From positions 1-28,611 of IMG/VR virus record IMGVR_UViG_3300020044_004730: a DNA stretch of 28,611 bases. The stretch is one strand, 5' to 3'. Positions 16,490 to 25,300 of the stretch are shown piece by piece. The stretch is from a virus. Its lineage: Duplodnaviria; Caudoviricetes. The position numbers and the translations under genes were made by a program. A model generated the notes under the pieces. It made no database searches, was not told the DNA's origin, and was given only the letters and a program-made list of their open reading frames with translations. Positions within the stretch are counted from its first letter, which is position 1; every line of letters begins with the position of its first letter.

Positions 16490-17087
16490 ACAACTTCGCC
16501 AGTTAAAGATTGACCCCGGCTTAGCGGACGTTTTCAACGAAACCTTTGATCGTTTTGATATTTCCACTTCCGCGCGACAGGCCTGCTGGATTGGCCAATG
16601 CGGGCATGAGTGCGGCAACTTCAAGATCATGGAAGAGAACCTAAACTATCGGGCCCCCACTCTTTTAAAACTATTTCCCCGCACGCCCAAGCGCGCATGG
16701 GGGTTTACCCCAGAAGAGGCCGCAGCCTACGAAAAACAACCACAGCGAATTGCCAACAGGATTTACGGCAATCGTATGGGAAATCGGGACGAGGCTTCTG
16801 GGGATGGATTTAGGTTCCGTGGCTCCGGATTTCTCCAGCTAACTGGACATAGCAACTTCTACCACGCTGGGCAGGCGCTTGGAGTTGACTTTGTGATGGA
16901 GCCCGAACTGGTCCGCACACCCAAATACGCGGCAATGACCGCCGGCTGGTTTTGGCAGACACACCGCCTAAACCAATCCGCCGACAACGGCGATTACCTG
17001 ACAATGACTAAAAAGATCAATGGGGGCACGATCGGTTTAGAAGACCGTAAGGCCCACATAAACCATGCCCTTCATGTCCTTTCGTAA
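16476..17087 (+). CDS. Endolysin, glycoside hydrolase family 19
   Basis: RBS GAGGAGG; QCGHECG, EENLNY, FRGSGFLQLTGHSNF, AGWFW, INGG motifs. Confidence 0.92.
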   Translation: MVTSEQLRQLKIDPGLADVFNETFDRFDISTSARQACWIGQCGHECGNFKIMEENLNYRAPTLLKLFPRTPKRAWGFTPEEAAAYEKQPQRIANRIYGNRMGNRDEASGDGFRFRGSGFLQLTGHSNFYHAGQALGVDFVMEPELVRTPKYAAMTAGWFWQTHRLNQSADNGDYLTMTKKINGGTIGLEDRKAHINHALHVLS

Positions 17088-17092
17088 AAGGC

Positions 17093-17121
17093 TTGGCGGT
17101 AACCGATTCTTGACGTAAAAT
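17093..17121 (+). promoter_or_regulatory. Putative sigma70-type promoter for the ejection-protein operon (-35 TTGGCG, -10 TAAAAT)
   Basis: TTGGCG 17093-17098, 17-nt spacer, TAAAAT 17116-17121. Confidence 0.55.
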
Positions 17122-17126
17122 CTTTG

Positions 17127-17142
17127 CGGGGCCCGTGCGCCC
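17127..17142 (+). promoter_or_regulatory. Conserved leader motif CGGG-N4-GTGCGCCC, copy 2
   Basis: CGGG GCCC GTGCGCCC begins 5 nt after the -10 hexamer, within a TTGCGGG/CCCGCAA stem. Confidence 0.55.
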
Positions 17143-17147
17143 GCAAT

Positions 17148-17174
17148 AAGCCGCTTCGTGCGGCTTTCCTATTT
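17148..17174 (+). terminator. Terminator-like hairpin in the second leader
   Basis: AAGCCGC-ttcgt-GCGGCTT followed by TCCTATTT (interrupted T-tract). Confidence 0.55.
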
Positions 17175-17185
17175 GTGGAGCAATA

Positions 17186-19567
17186 ATGGCGACAACAGCA
17201 AATCCTTTTGATATTAAGACCGGAATCTCTGGCGGATCTTTGACTCCGGCCACGGACACAACCGCCGCCCAATACACCGCGCAAGAGCGCGCAGTGCAAG
17301 CTGGTACTGAGACCGCAGCCGGTCAACTTGAGTCCATTCTTTCTAAAGACAGTCCCTTGATGCAGCGTGCCCGCACGCAGGCATTGCAGGAAATGAACCA
17401 GCGCGGGCTGATTAACAGCTCCATGTCAGCTGGTGCCGGTGTCGCCGCCATGATTGACCGCGCTACGCCCATCGCTCAGCAAGACGCTGAGACCTATTCC
17501 AACCGAGCTATTGCCAACATGGGCGCCGTCAATACGGCAGGCTTGACCAATGTTGGTGAGCAAAACAAATACGGATTGCAGCTGGGCGAACAAAAATTCA
17601 CAGCAGCTGAAAACCAAATTGGCCGCCAATTCCAAACGGCTGAGCGTTTGGGCAGTCAGTCTTTTACGTCTGAGCAAAATGTAGCAACTCAGAATTTCAC
17701 CAAAGCTGAGAACGATTTAAACCGCGCTCAAGAAGTTTTCCTTACAGATAAAAGCATTGAAGCCCAAAAGTCTTTGCAAAATGCGCAGCAAGCGTTTACC
17801 GGCGCTCAGAACGAGCTTGACCGTGTGAACCAAAAAGCCTTGCAGGAATCGCAGCAAACTTTCACCGCTGGCCAAAACACGGCGGCTCGTGCGCAAGAAA
17901 AAGAACTGACCGTTTTGCAAATCCAAGCCAATAAAGATTTGCAGATTGCTCAGCAGACTTTTACCCAAGCTGAAAACAATTTAAACCGTGCGCAAGAAGT
18001 TGCTCTTGCAGATAAAAGCATTGCGGCTCAAAAGGCTTTGGCCGATGCTCAGCAAGCGTTCACCGGCGCTCAGAACGATTTGGACCGCAAGCAGCAAACC
18101 GCTTTGCAAACTGCCCAGCAAACTTTTACCAAAGCAGAAAACGATCTGAATCGTGCACAAGAAGTTGCTCTTACAGACAAGAGCATTGCGGCGCAAAGCG
18201 CTTTGGCCGCTGCTCAACAGGCTTTTACTGGGGCTCAAAACGCGTTGGATCGCACGCAGCAAGCTACTATTGCAACGCAACAGATCACGGCCAACAAAGA
18301 ATTGCAAGCAGCCCAGCAGACTTTTACCAGTGCGCAAAACGAGCTAAGTCGCGCCCAAGAAATTGCTCTTACAGACAAAAGCATTGCGGCTCAGCAAGCC
18401 TTGGCCACGGCTCAACAAACCTTTACCAGTGCGCAAAATGAGTTGGACCGCACTCAGCAAACTTCAATTGCAAGTCAGCAGATTACGGCCAACAAAGATT
18501 TGCAAACAGCCCAGCAAACTTACACTTCTGCGCAAAACGCGCTGGACCGTGCACAGCAAACGGCAATCACAGACAAAAGCATTGCGGCTCAGCAAGCCTT
18601 GGCCACGGCTCAACAAACCTTTACCAGTGCGCAAAACGAGTTGGACCGCACCCAGCAATCAACCCTTTCTGCGGCTCAAATTGCAGCCAACAAAGATCTG
18701 CAAACGGGTCAGATCACAGCCAATAAGGATTTGCAAACAGCCCAGCAAACTTACACCTCCGCGCAAAACGCGCTGGACCGTGCACAGCAAACGGCAATCA
18801 CAGACAAAAGCATTGCGGCTCAGCAAGCCTTGGCCACGGCTCAACAAGAGTTTGCCAAGGCAGAGAACGTGTTGGACCGCACCCAGCAATCAACCCTTTC
18901 TGCGGCTCAAATTGCAGCCAACAAAGAATTGCAAACGGGTCAGATCACAGCCAATAAGGATTTGCAAACAGCCCAGCAAACTTACACCTCTGCGCAAAAC
19001 GCGCTGGACCGTGCACAGCAAACGGCAATCACAGACAAAAGCATTGCGGCTCAACAGGCCTTGGCCACGGCTCAACAAACCTTTACCAGTGCGCAAAACG
19101 AGCTGGACCGTACTCAGCAATCAACTCTTTCTGCGGCTCAAATCGCGGCCAGCTCATCGCTTGCCGATAAACAAATCGCGGCCAACACCGCTTTGCAAAC
19201 AGCCCAGCAAACGTACACTACTAATCAAAACGCGCTGGATCGTACTCAACAAAAAGCAATTGCAGATTTGCAAGTTCAAGCCAGCAAAGACAACGTTGGA
19301 ACAACGTTTGGTTTGAACACAGCCTCAACGGCGCTTAACGCCATCAATGCTATTGCGGCCGATGGAAACTTGGACGCTGCTGCTAAAACTGCCGCTGTTC
19401 AAAACGTCATAGATGCCAGCAACGCAACTCTTAAATGGGGCGCAGCGTTCTACAACGTGAAAGTACCAACGCTTGATTTGAAAACAGTGACAGGCGGCGG
19501 GACTACAACGACCACAGGCGGCGGGACTACAACGGTATCTGAAAACACCGTCAGAGAACAGCCATGA
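17186..19567 (+). CDS. Internal virion/ejection protein with a long hendecad-repeat helix
   Basis: GGAG RBS; N-terminal RGLINSSMSAGAG motif resembling podophage internal proteins; residues 134-705 are 52 consecutive 11-aa units, Gln/Ala/Thr/Asn-rich, no Pro. Confidence 0.75.
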   Translation: MATTANPFDIKTGISGGSLTPATDTTAAQYTAQERAVQAGTETAAGQLESILSKDSPLMQRARTQALQEMNQRGLINSSMSAGAGVAAMIDRATPIAQQDAETYSNRAIANMGAVNTAGLTNVGEQNKYGLQLGEQKFTAAENQIGRQFQTAERLGSQSFTSEQNVATQNFTKAENDLNRAQEVFLTDKSIEAQKSLQNAQQAFTGAQNELDRVNQKALQESQQTFTAGQNTAARAQEKELTVLQIQANKDLQIAQQTFTQAENNLNRAQEVALADKSIAAQKALADAQQAFTGAQNDLDRKQQTALQTAQQTFTKAENDLNRAQEVALTDKSIAAQSALAAAQQAFTGAQNALDRTQQATIATQQITANKELQAAQQTFTSAQNELSRAQEIALTDKSIAAQQALATAQQTFTSAQNELDRTQQTSIASQQITANKDLQTAQQTYTSAQNALDRAQQTAITDKSIAAQQALATAQQTFTSAQNELDRTQQSTLSAAQIAANKDLQTGQITANKDLQTAQQTYTSAQNALDRAQQTAITDKSIAAQQALATAQQEFAKAENVLDRTQQSTLSAAQIAANKELQTGQITANKDLQTAQQTYTSAQNALDRAQQTAITDKSIAAQQALATAQQTFTSAQNELDRTQQSTLSAAQIAASSSLADKQIAANTALQTAQQTYTTNQNALDRTQQKAIADLQVQASKDNVGTTFGLNTASTALNAINAIAADGNLDAAAKTAAVQNVIDASNATLKWGAAFYNVKVPTLDLKTVTGGGTTTTTGGGTTTVSENTVREQP
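17585..19300 (+). repeat. 33-nt (11-aa) repeat array, 52 units, with a near-identical 231-nt higher-order duplication
   Basis: Manual split: unit types AQQTFTSAQNE / LDRxQQxxxxx / xxIAAxxxLxT; LDRTQQSTLSA recurs at 18641, 18872 and 19103 (231-nt period). Confidence 0.92.
19490..19534 (+). repeat. Exact 21-nt direct repeat (ACAGGCGGCGGGACTACAACG) x2
   Basis: Copies at 19490-19510 and 19514-19534, encoding TGGGTTT-T-TGGGTTT. Confidence 0.85.
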
Positions 19568-20016
19568 CCAAGATTGTTTGCCGCAAAGCCAGATTGGACG
19601 ACGTTCCAGCTATCGTCGATTTGGCGGTGGAGTCTGTGTCTCACGACCCCTTGCCGGTCAAGATAGATCGCGCAGCCATGGAGCAGACCACCAGATCTGC
19701 GATCAATCCGGCACACTTCGTGTGGGTTGCGGAGGTCGAGGGCAAGGTGGTCGCCGCAGTAGGTGCTGTGGTTCAACCGTCGTTCTGGTTTGAAAAGCTC
19801 CAGTGCTCCGTGCTGCTGTACTACAGCCGAGTGCCCGGAGCTGGGCTGCCCTTGCTGCGTGAGTTTGCTAAATGGGTCAAGAGCCGATCAGCCATTAAGG
19901 TGGCTGTGCTAGAGCTGGAACCAAGTGCCGATCCTCGGCTTGTAAAGTTTTTAAAACGGGTGGGGTTCGAGCGTGAATCCTTGAATCTCTCCTACGTAAG
20001 AAAGGTTGCTGTATGA
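19564..20016 (+). CDS. GNAT-fold acetyltransferase-like protein
   Basis: RKARLDDVPAIVDL, FVWVAEVEGKVVA, GAGLPLLREFAKW, FLKRVGFE are the canonical GNAT strand/helix motifs. Confidence 0.8.
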   Translation: MTKIVCRKARLDDVPAIVDLAVESVSHDPLPVKIDRAAMEQTTRSAINPAHFVWVAEVEGKVVAAVGAVVQPSFWFEKLQCSVLLYYSRVPGAGLPLLREFAKWVKSRSAIKVAVLELEPSADPRLVKFLKRVGFERESLNLSYVRKVAV

Positions 20017-20756
20017 GCAAAGTTGTTAAAGGAATTGGCCGTGCCATTTCCGGCGTTGTTAAGGGTGTGGTAAACGTTGTTAAAGACGTTGCCAAATCCA
20101 AACTGGGCAAGATCCTGATAACTGCAGCAGCTGTTTATTTTGGCGGTGCTGCTTTGATGGGAGGCGCCAGCGCTTCCGCTGCGGGAGGCAGCTTCCTTTC
20201 GGGGGCCTCCGCTGGACTATCGGGGGCGGCCTCGGGGGTTTCAACCGCGTGGAGTTCTTTAATGGCCGGAGAAGTTGGTGCGGCCGGCTCGTCACTTAGC
20301 TCAGGCTTTACCGGCGCTGGTGCTGCTGGTGCTGCAACCGCAGCGCCTCCCGGTTTGGTAACCGGTGCTATGCAAACAGGTATGACTACCGGCACCGGCG
20401 GTGCAGCGGGCTTGACGTCCACACCCGGAGCGTTGACCAGTGGCACAACAGTACCCGGCGCAGCAAGTTTAAACATCCCCGCTTCAGCCGGTTTGAACAC
20501 GGCCGGCGCAGCTAGTACCTTACCCGTGGGCTCAACTCTTTCAGCTCTTAACACGGCAGCTGCGCCAGCATCATCCGGTTTCTTGAGCGGCTTAGGTCCT
20601 TATGGCCAGTACGCCGCTATCTCTGGCGGCACTCAACTTATCGGCGGTGCAATGCAGGGCTACGGTGCCCAGCAAGAAGCCAAGCGCCAAGAGAAGATGT
20701 CAGCCGATGCGCGCGCCCGCTACAACGCCAATGTTGGCACTCGCCTCTTTAGTTAA
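20013..20756 (+). CDS. Gly/Ala-rich ejection protein (P22 gp7 / T7 gp14-like role)
   Basis: Basic amphipathic N-terminus, hydrophobic segment, long G/A/S/T-rich body, C-terminal charged helix; follows the GNAT gene. Confidence 0.7.
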   Translation: MSKVVKGIGRAISGVVKGVVNVVKDVAKSKLGKILITAAAVYFGGAALMGGASASAAGGSFLSGASAGLSGAASGVSTAWSSLMAGEVGAAGSSLSSGFTGAGAAGAATAAPPGLVTGAMQTGMTTGTGGAAGLTSTPGALTSGTTVPGAASLNIPASAGLNTAGAASTLPVGSTLSALNTAAAPASSGFLSGLGPYGQYAAISGGTQLIGGAMQGYGAQQEAKRQEKMSADARARYNANVGTRLFS

Positions 20757-20768
20757 AAGGAAGCCATC

Positions 20769-21296
20769 ATGGCCGGACTCATTCAACAAAACATGCCGAC
20801 AGCCCCTGAGCAACAGGCGGCGCCCATGCCTGCGCCCGAGCAACAGGCGGCGCCTATGCCCGCGCCTGAGCAACAGGCAGGCCCTGAGAAAGACGCTTCT
20901 GATCCGGGCTACCAAGCTGCGCTTGAGTTTGCAATGACAGCTCTGTATTCAGAAAAAGCTGCTAAAGACATCGCGATAAGTTTGCGGGCAAACAAAGACC
21001 CTGTCGACGCTTTAAGCAACACCGCATACGAGGTTATGTCCATCATTGACGAGCGCACAGAAGGCGCCGTGCCAGATGAGTTGTTGGCCTTGTTGGCCAC
21101 CAACATTTTGGAAGAGATCGCATCAATTGCGGAAGCTGCAAACATTCCAGTCAAGCCCTCCGATCTCGCATTGGCATTGAAACAAATGATCTTGCGATTC
21201 CTCGGTGAGCAAGGCGTTGACACAACACAACTGCAACAAGCCATGGATCAGGTGGACCCAGAAGAGTTCAACCGCATGGCCGCACAGGAGGCTTAA
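20769..21296 (+). CDS. Acidic helical protein of the ejection module
   Basis: RBS AAAGGA; 175 aa; N-terminal APEQQAAPMP repeats. Confidence 0.75.
   Translation: MAGLIQQNMPTAPEQQAAPMPAPEQQAAPMPAPEQQAGPEKDASDPGYQAALEFAMTALYSEKAAKDIAISLRANKDPVDALSNTAYEVMSIIDERTEGAVPDELLALLATNILEEIASIAEAANIPVKPSDLALALKQMILRFLGEQGVDTTQLQQAMDQVDPEEFNRMAAQEA
20802..20879 (+). repeat. 30-nt coding repeat (APEQQAAPMP) x2.6
   Basis: Units start at 20802, 20832 and 20862. Confidence 0.85.
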
Positions 21297-22355
21297 ATGG
21301 GTGGACTTATTTGGAGCGGGATCGGTCAAGGAATCATGGGCGCTGGCCAAGCAATTGGCGGCGCCATGATGAAAGACCTTGAATATAATCGTCAACTAGA
21401 AGCCGAAGGCCGTAAAGAAGAAAACTACATCCGTCGGATGGAGGAGTCTCAGCGCATCAAAGACGAAGCGGCTGAGAAAAAAGCGGAAGAACTGCAACAG
21501 CGTGTGATCAAAGAAACTGCTGCCGCACAAGAAGCCGCCAGAGATATACCAATGAATCGGGTGGTTAAAGAAGTTGCGTCTCGCACGCCATCCATGTCAG
21601 AGGACGAGATTAAGCAGATGCTGACTGAGCGGCCCGAGCTGAAACAAGCCTATGAAAAAGCTGGCGTCGCTTCAAAAAAGAACGAAAGCCTTGAGCGCAC
21701 TGAGGGCGCCATCGCTGCTGCTATGGCAGCTGGTTCAAGCTCGACCACCATCCTCAATCTTCAAAAGCAACGGACCGCTGTTCTTGACGAAATTAAACAA
21801 GAGTTTAAAGAGAAACAAGAAGCTGCTCGGGCGGATCGTTTTGAGACTCAGACTGAACAAACTGGCAAGCGCATAGACATCTTGGCCCAGAATTCCGCAA
21901 CGATGGCTAAGAACGCTGTTACTGCTGAAACCCGCGCCAGCAAAGAAGGTAGTACTCGCAACACCCGCGAGACCACGGCTGACTTGCAGCGCCAAGTTGA
22001 TTCAGCAAAAGATGCCTTGGCTGAAAAGATGGGCGTGTCTACCAAAGAACTTTACCCAGAAATATCGCGCCTTGAAAAGAAAGCCGCGACAGATCCAAAG
22101 GCAAAAGCCAAACTTGAAGATCTGCAAGAAAATAGAGACCAGCTTAAATCAGCTCGTTCTAAGCTAGACCAATGGACAGCTAAAGCGGCCAAAGAAGAGG
22201 CAACCCCCGCTGCTGAATCCCCGCCTACTAAAGCACCCGACATTGCAAGTGTTAAGGGCGCTCCTGCGGGGGCGTCCGTTGGCACTTACTTTGCCGGTCG
22301 CGGCTGGGAAGTCAAAGACAAGAGCGGCAAAGTTCTTGGTTACGTTGGGAAATAA
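21297..22355 (+). CDS. Coiled-coil internal virion/ejection protein
   Basis: RBS AGGAGG; Gly-rich amphipathic N-terminus, long charged helices, small C-terminal beta domain (GRGWEVKDKSGKVLGY). Confidence 0.75.
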   Translation: MGGLIWSGIGQGIMGAGQAIGGAMMKDLEYNRQLEAEGRKEENYIRRMEESQRIKDEAAEKKAEELQQRVIKETAAAQEAARDIPMNRVVKEVASRTPSMSEDEIKQMLTERPELKQAYEKAGVASKKNESLERTEGAIAAAMAAGSSSTTILNLQKQRTAVLDEIKQEFKEKQEAARADRFETQTEQTGKRIDILAQNSATMAKNAVTAETRASKEGSTRNTRETTADLQRQVDSAKDALAEKMGVSTKELYPEISRLEKKAATDPKAKAKLEDLQENRDQLKSARSKLDQWTAKAAKEEATPAAESPPTKAPDIASVKGAPAGASVGTYFAGRGWEVKDKSGKVLGYVGK

Positions 22356-22357
22356 AC

Positions 22358-25300
22358 ATGCGATTCATTCCGATCTCAGACTTTGAAAAAGACAATGGCC
22401 TAGTGTTTAGGCCAATCGAAGATTTTGAAGTTCGTGATACTGGGGATGATGCCGAACGTTTGGCCATGCGCTACAAGGCGCCTGAGCCCCTACCACCCGA
22501 ACCCCAAGGCCTGATTTCGCGCGCGTTTGATGCGGTCAGGGGTACGGTCTCCAGTATCCCTGCTGCGATCACTGAAAAGTTCACGCCTTACAAGAGCGTG
22601 ATGGAGACCTATCAGCCGACGGTTGAGGAACAACAAGCCGAGCTTAATAAACGCCTGAGCTACGGCGCTGGTCCTGTTAGTTTGCAGACCGTGGCCAAGG
22701 CCGACGAGATGCGACGTGGCATGATCCCGATCGAACAGGGTCCGGTGCTGACCGTGGCCAAGGCCCGTGAGCAGGCCAAAGAAACCAGCTTCTTTGATTT
22801 GGTTGATAAAGCTAAAGAAGCCGAAACATTTGAGAGCGACTCTGAGACTTTGCGCCGTCAGCGTTTTGGCGAAGAGAACCCGCTGACCGGTGCTCTTCAA
22901 GCTGGCATGGCGTCAAGCCTAGCAGGAACAATCAATGCTCCGACCGTTGCTGCCCAACTGTTTAACGACTACGCAGTTAATCCTTTGCTTCAGGCCGCTG
23001 GCATGCAACCACTGCCTAAAGTTGGTCAGATGTTTGGTACTGAATATTTGACAAAGACAGCGGCTGAGTACATGCCGAAAATTAACAGCCGTTCATCGGA
23101 CGGCGCCATTGCCCGAGAAGAATTTGGCAAGTGGCTCGGCGTCAAACTTGCAGCTAACTTGCAGTCAGTCGGCCTGTCCATGGCCGCCATGTATGCACCG
23201 CCATTGCGCGCAATTTTGCTGCCTTCTATGGGCGCTACTTCCGCTGGCCAAAGTTACGTCCAAGGTGACCCAGCGATCATCGCTGCGGCTAAAGGATTGA
23301 TTGAAGTTGGCACTGAGATGTTGCCTTTAAAAGTCTTTGACAAAATTGGTGACGCACTTAAAGGCATGTCGCCTCTCAAGCAAAGCTCCGTTTTGGCCGT
23401 GGCCGGTCAGAGACTTTTGCAGGCCGGTGGCCAACAAACTATTGCCAACGTAACCAATGCGATTGAAGAAACCGCAGCTCAATTTGGCGGTAATGTTTTG
23501 GATAAGTATTTCCAAGGCAAAGACATCGAGCTGACCAAAGGTTTGCAAGACGCGGCAATCGTTGGCGCAGTCAGCGGCAGTATCATTTCCTCCCCGCAAA
23601 CCGCTGGCATTTTGACTGGTCGCTACGAGCCCCAAAATCAAATCGCTCAGGCAATCAATGAGAACGTGGCTAACACTCAGTTCACTGGAATAGATGAGTT
23701 AGCCCGCCAGCAACTGAGCCCTTTCAGCAACGCGCCAACCAACCTGAACATCGGCAAGATCAACGTCGAGCCGGTCGATACCAGCACGATCTTTACCGCC
23801 ACAGACGCAAGCAGCGCAGCAGCCGCAGCAGCCGAGCTGGCTGGTGGTATTCCATCGGTCAACCTTCCCCCAATCAATTTGCAGCCGCTTAACTTGCCCG
23901 GCCAAATTGAACCCGCTTTAACGGGTCTGGCTTTACCCCCGTTGCCCCCAGCGGTCGAGCCCGCTTTAACGGATTTGGCTTTGCCCCCGCTGCCCCCAGC
24001 GGTTGAGCCGGCGCTGGATCTCAACGCCCCTCTTCAACCCGATGTTGCTACAGAACAACAGTTTGGTTTGGACAAGTTGCGCCTGACACCGCCCCGTCCA
24101 CAAAAGATCCAAGGCCAACCTGTTACCAGCTTGACAGACGATCAACTGACAACAATTGCAGGCGACGAAACCATCCCGGCAATTACCCGCCGCAGCGCAT
24201 CAGTTGAGCTCACAGCGCGTCAAAACGAAGCGGCCGGTACTACCCTAGCCACTGGACTTGAAAACGTTCCTAGCGTACCATTGGCCAATGCACCAACCGA
24301 ACAAAACGCAGGCATCACCGCCGACAGAACTCTTGCCATCCCAGAGTCGCAAGTGCCTAGTACCGCAATTGCGCCAGTGGGAGGAGAGTCTGCCGCCGCT
24401 GGAGCAAGAGCAACTGCACAAGCTGCTATCGACCGGTGGGCTACTGCCAACGGTGTAGAAACCCCAGCGGTTTTTAACGCTGCTCCAGCTGAGCTGGACA
24501 GCGCAGTCAATCAAATCGGCGAAGCGCTCAACAGCCAATTTGGCGGCAAGCTATACGCCTACATAGACCCACGGCCCAACTCACTAAACGGCGTTGCAAT
24601 TGGCGGCGCAGCTTTTGTGAACACGGCCAACGTGGACGTCAACGTTGCCCGCACCAGCATCCACGAATTTCATCACACGGTCGAGCAAATTGCTAAGCTC
24701 GAAGCCAGACAGGGTTTGGTTGACACACCTGCTCAGCAGTACGTTGCCAGTGTGAACACGGTCTTTGATGACATGACCGAAGACGGCAAGCGCTCTTACC
24801 TTGTAAAGTTCTTGAACGCGGAAGAGCTGGCCGGCATCGCAGATCCTGTTGCAAAAGAGCAACGCATTCAAGACTTGATGGCGTCCCCAACTACGCGCTC
24901 TGAAATGGTCGCCGACTTCTTGGGCAACAGGTCCACCGACAAAGAATTCTGGAAAGACCTTGCTGCTACAGATCCAAAAGGATTCAAGGGTTTTGTCGAC
25001 AAGTGGCTTGGCATCGTTGACAATATGCTGAGCGTGCTTAAAGGCACACCAACCCAAGGCCAAAAAGAATCGGCCTTGGTTGACACTTACATTCGTGATT
25101 TGGGCAAAGCAAAAGTGGTTGCCCGAGATGCGCTTATTGCGTACAGCAAAGGAACACTAAATGCAGACACCACAGGAACTCAAGGAATACCGGAACTTGC
25201 AGCGTCGAATCGATCAATCTTTGGTACGGCTCGGAGCAGTGAAAGCCCAGAGTACGGAACAGCCCGCGAAGGCGCCGTCTCCGTCGTTGCCCAACACTTC

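Noticed and set aside
17585-19300. 33-nt periodic repeats as a possible CRISPR array
   Set aside because: Units are in-frame coding, vary at silent positions, lack unique spacers, and no cas genes are present.
18363-19316. 317-aa alternative-frame ORF and the repeated 76-aa minus-strand ORFs over the hendecad array
   Set aside because: Stop-free shadows produced by the tandem repeat; no RBS and unnatural K/R/P/L composition.
22935-23051. +1-frame ORF with AGGA-7nt-ATG inside the giant gene (MLRPLLPNCLTTTQLILCF...)
   Set aside because: Cys/Leu-rich shadow composition within a well-formed main-frame region; shows that RBS+ATG can arise by chance and tempers the nested-ORF claim.
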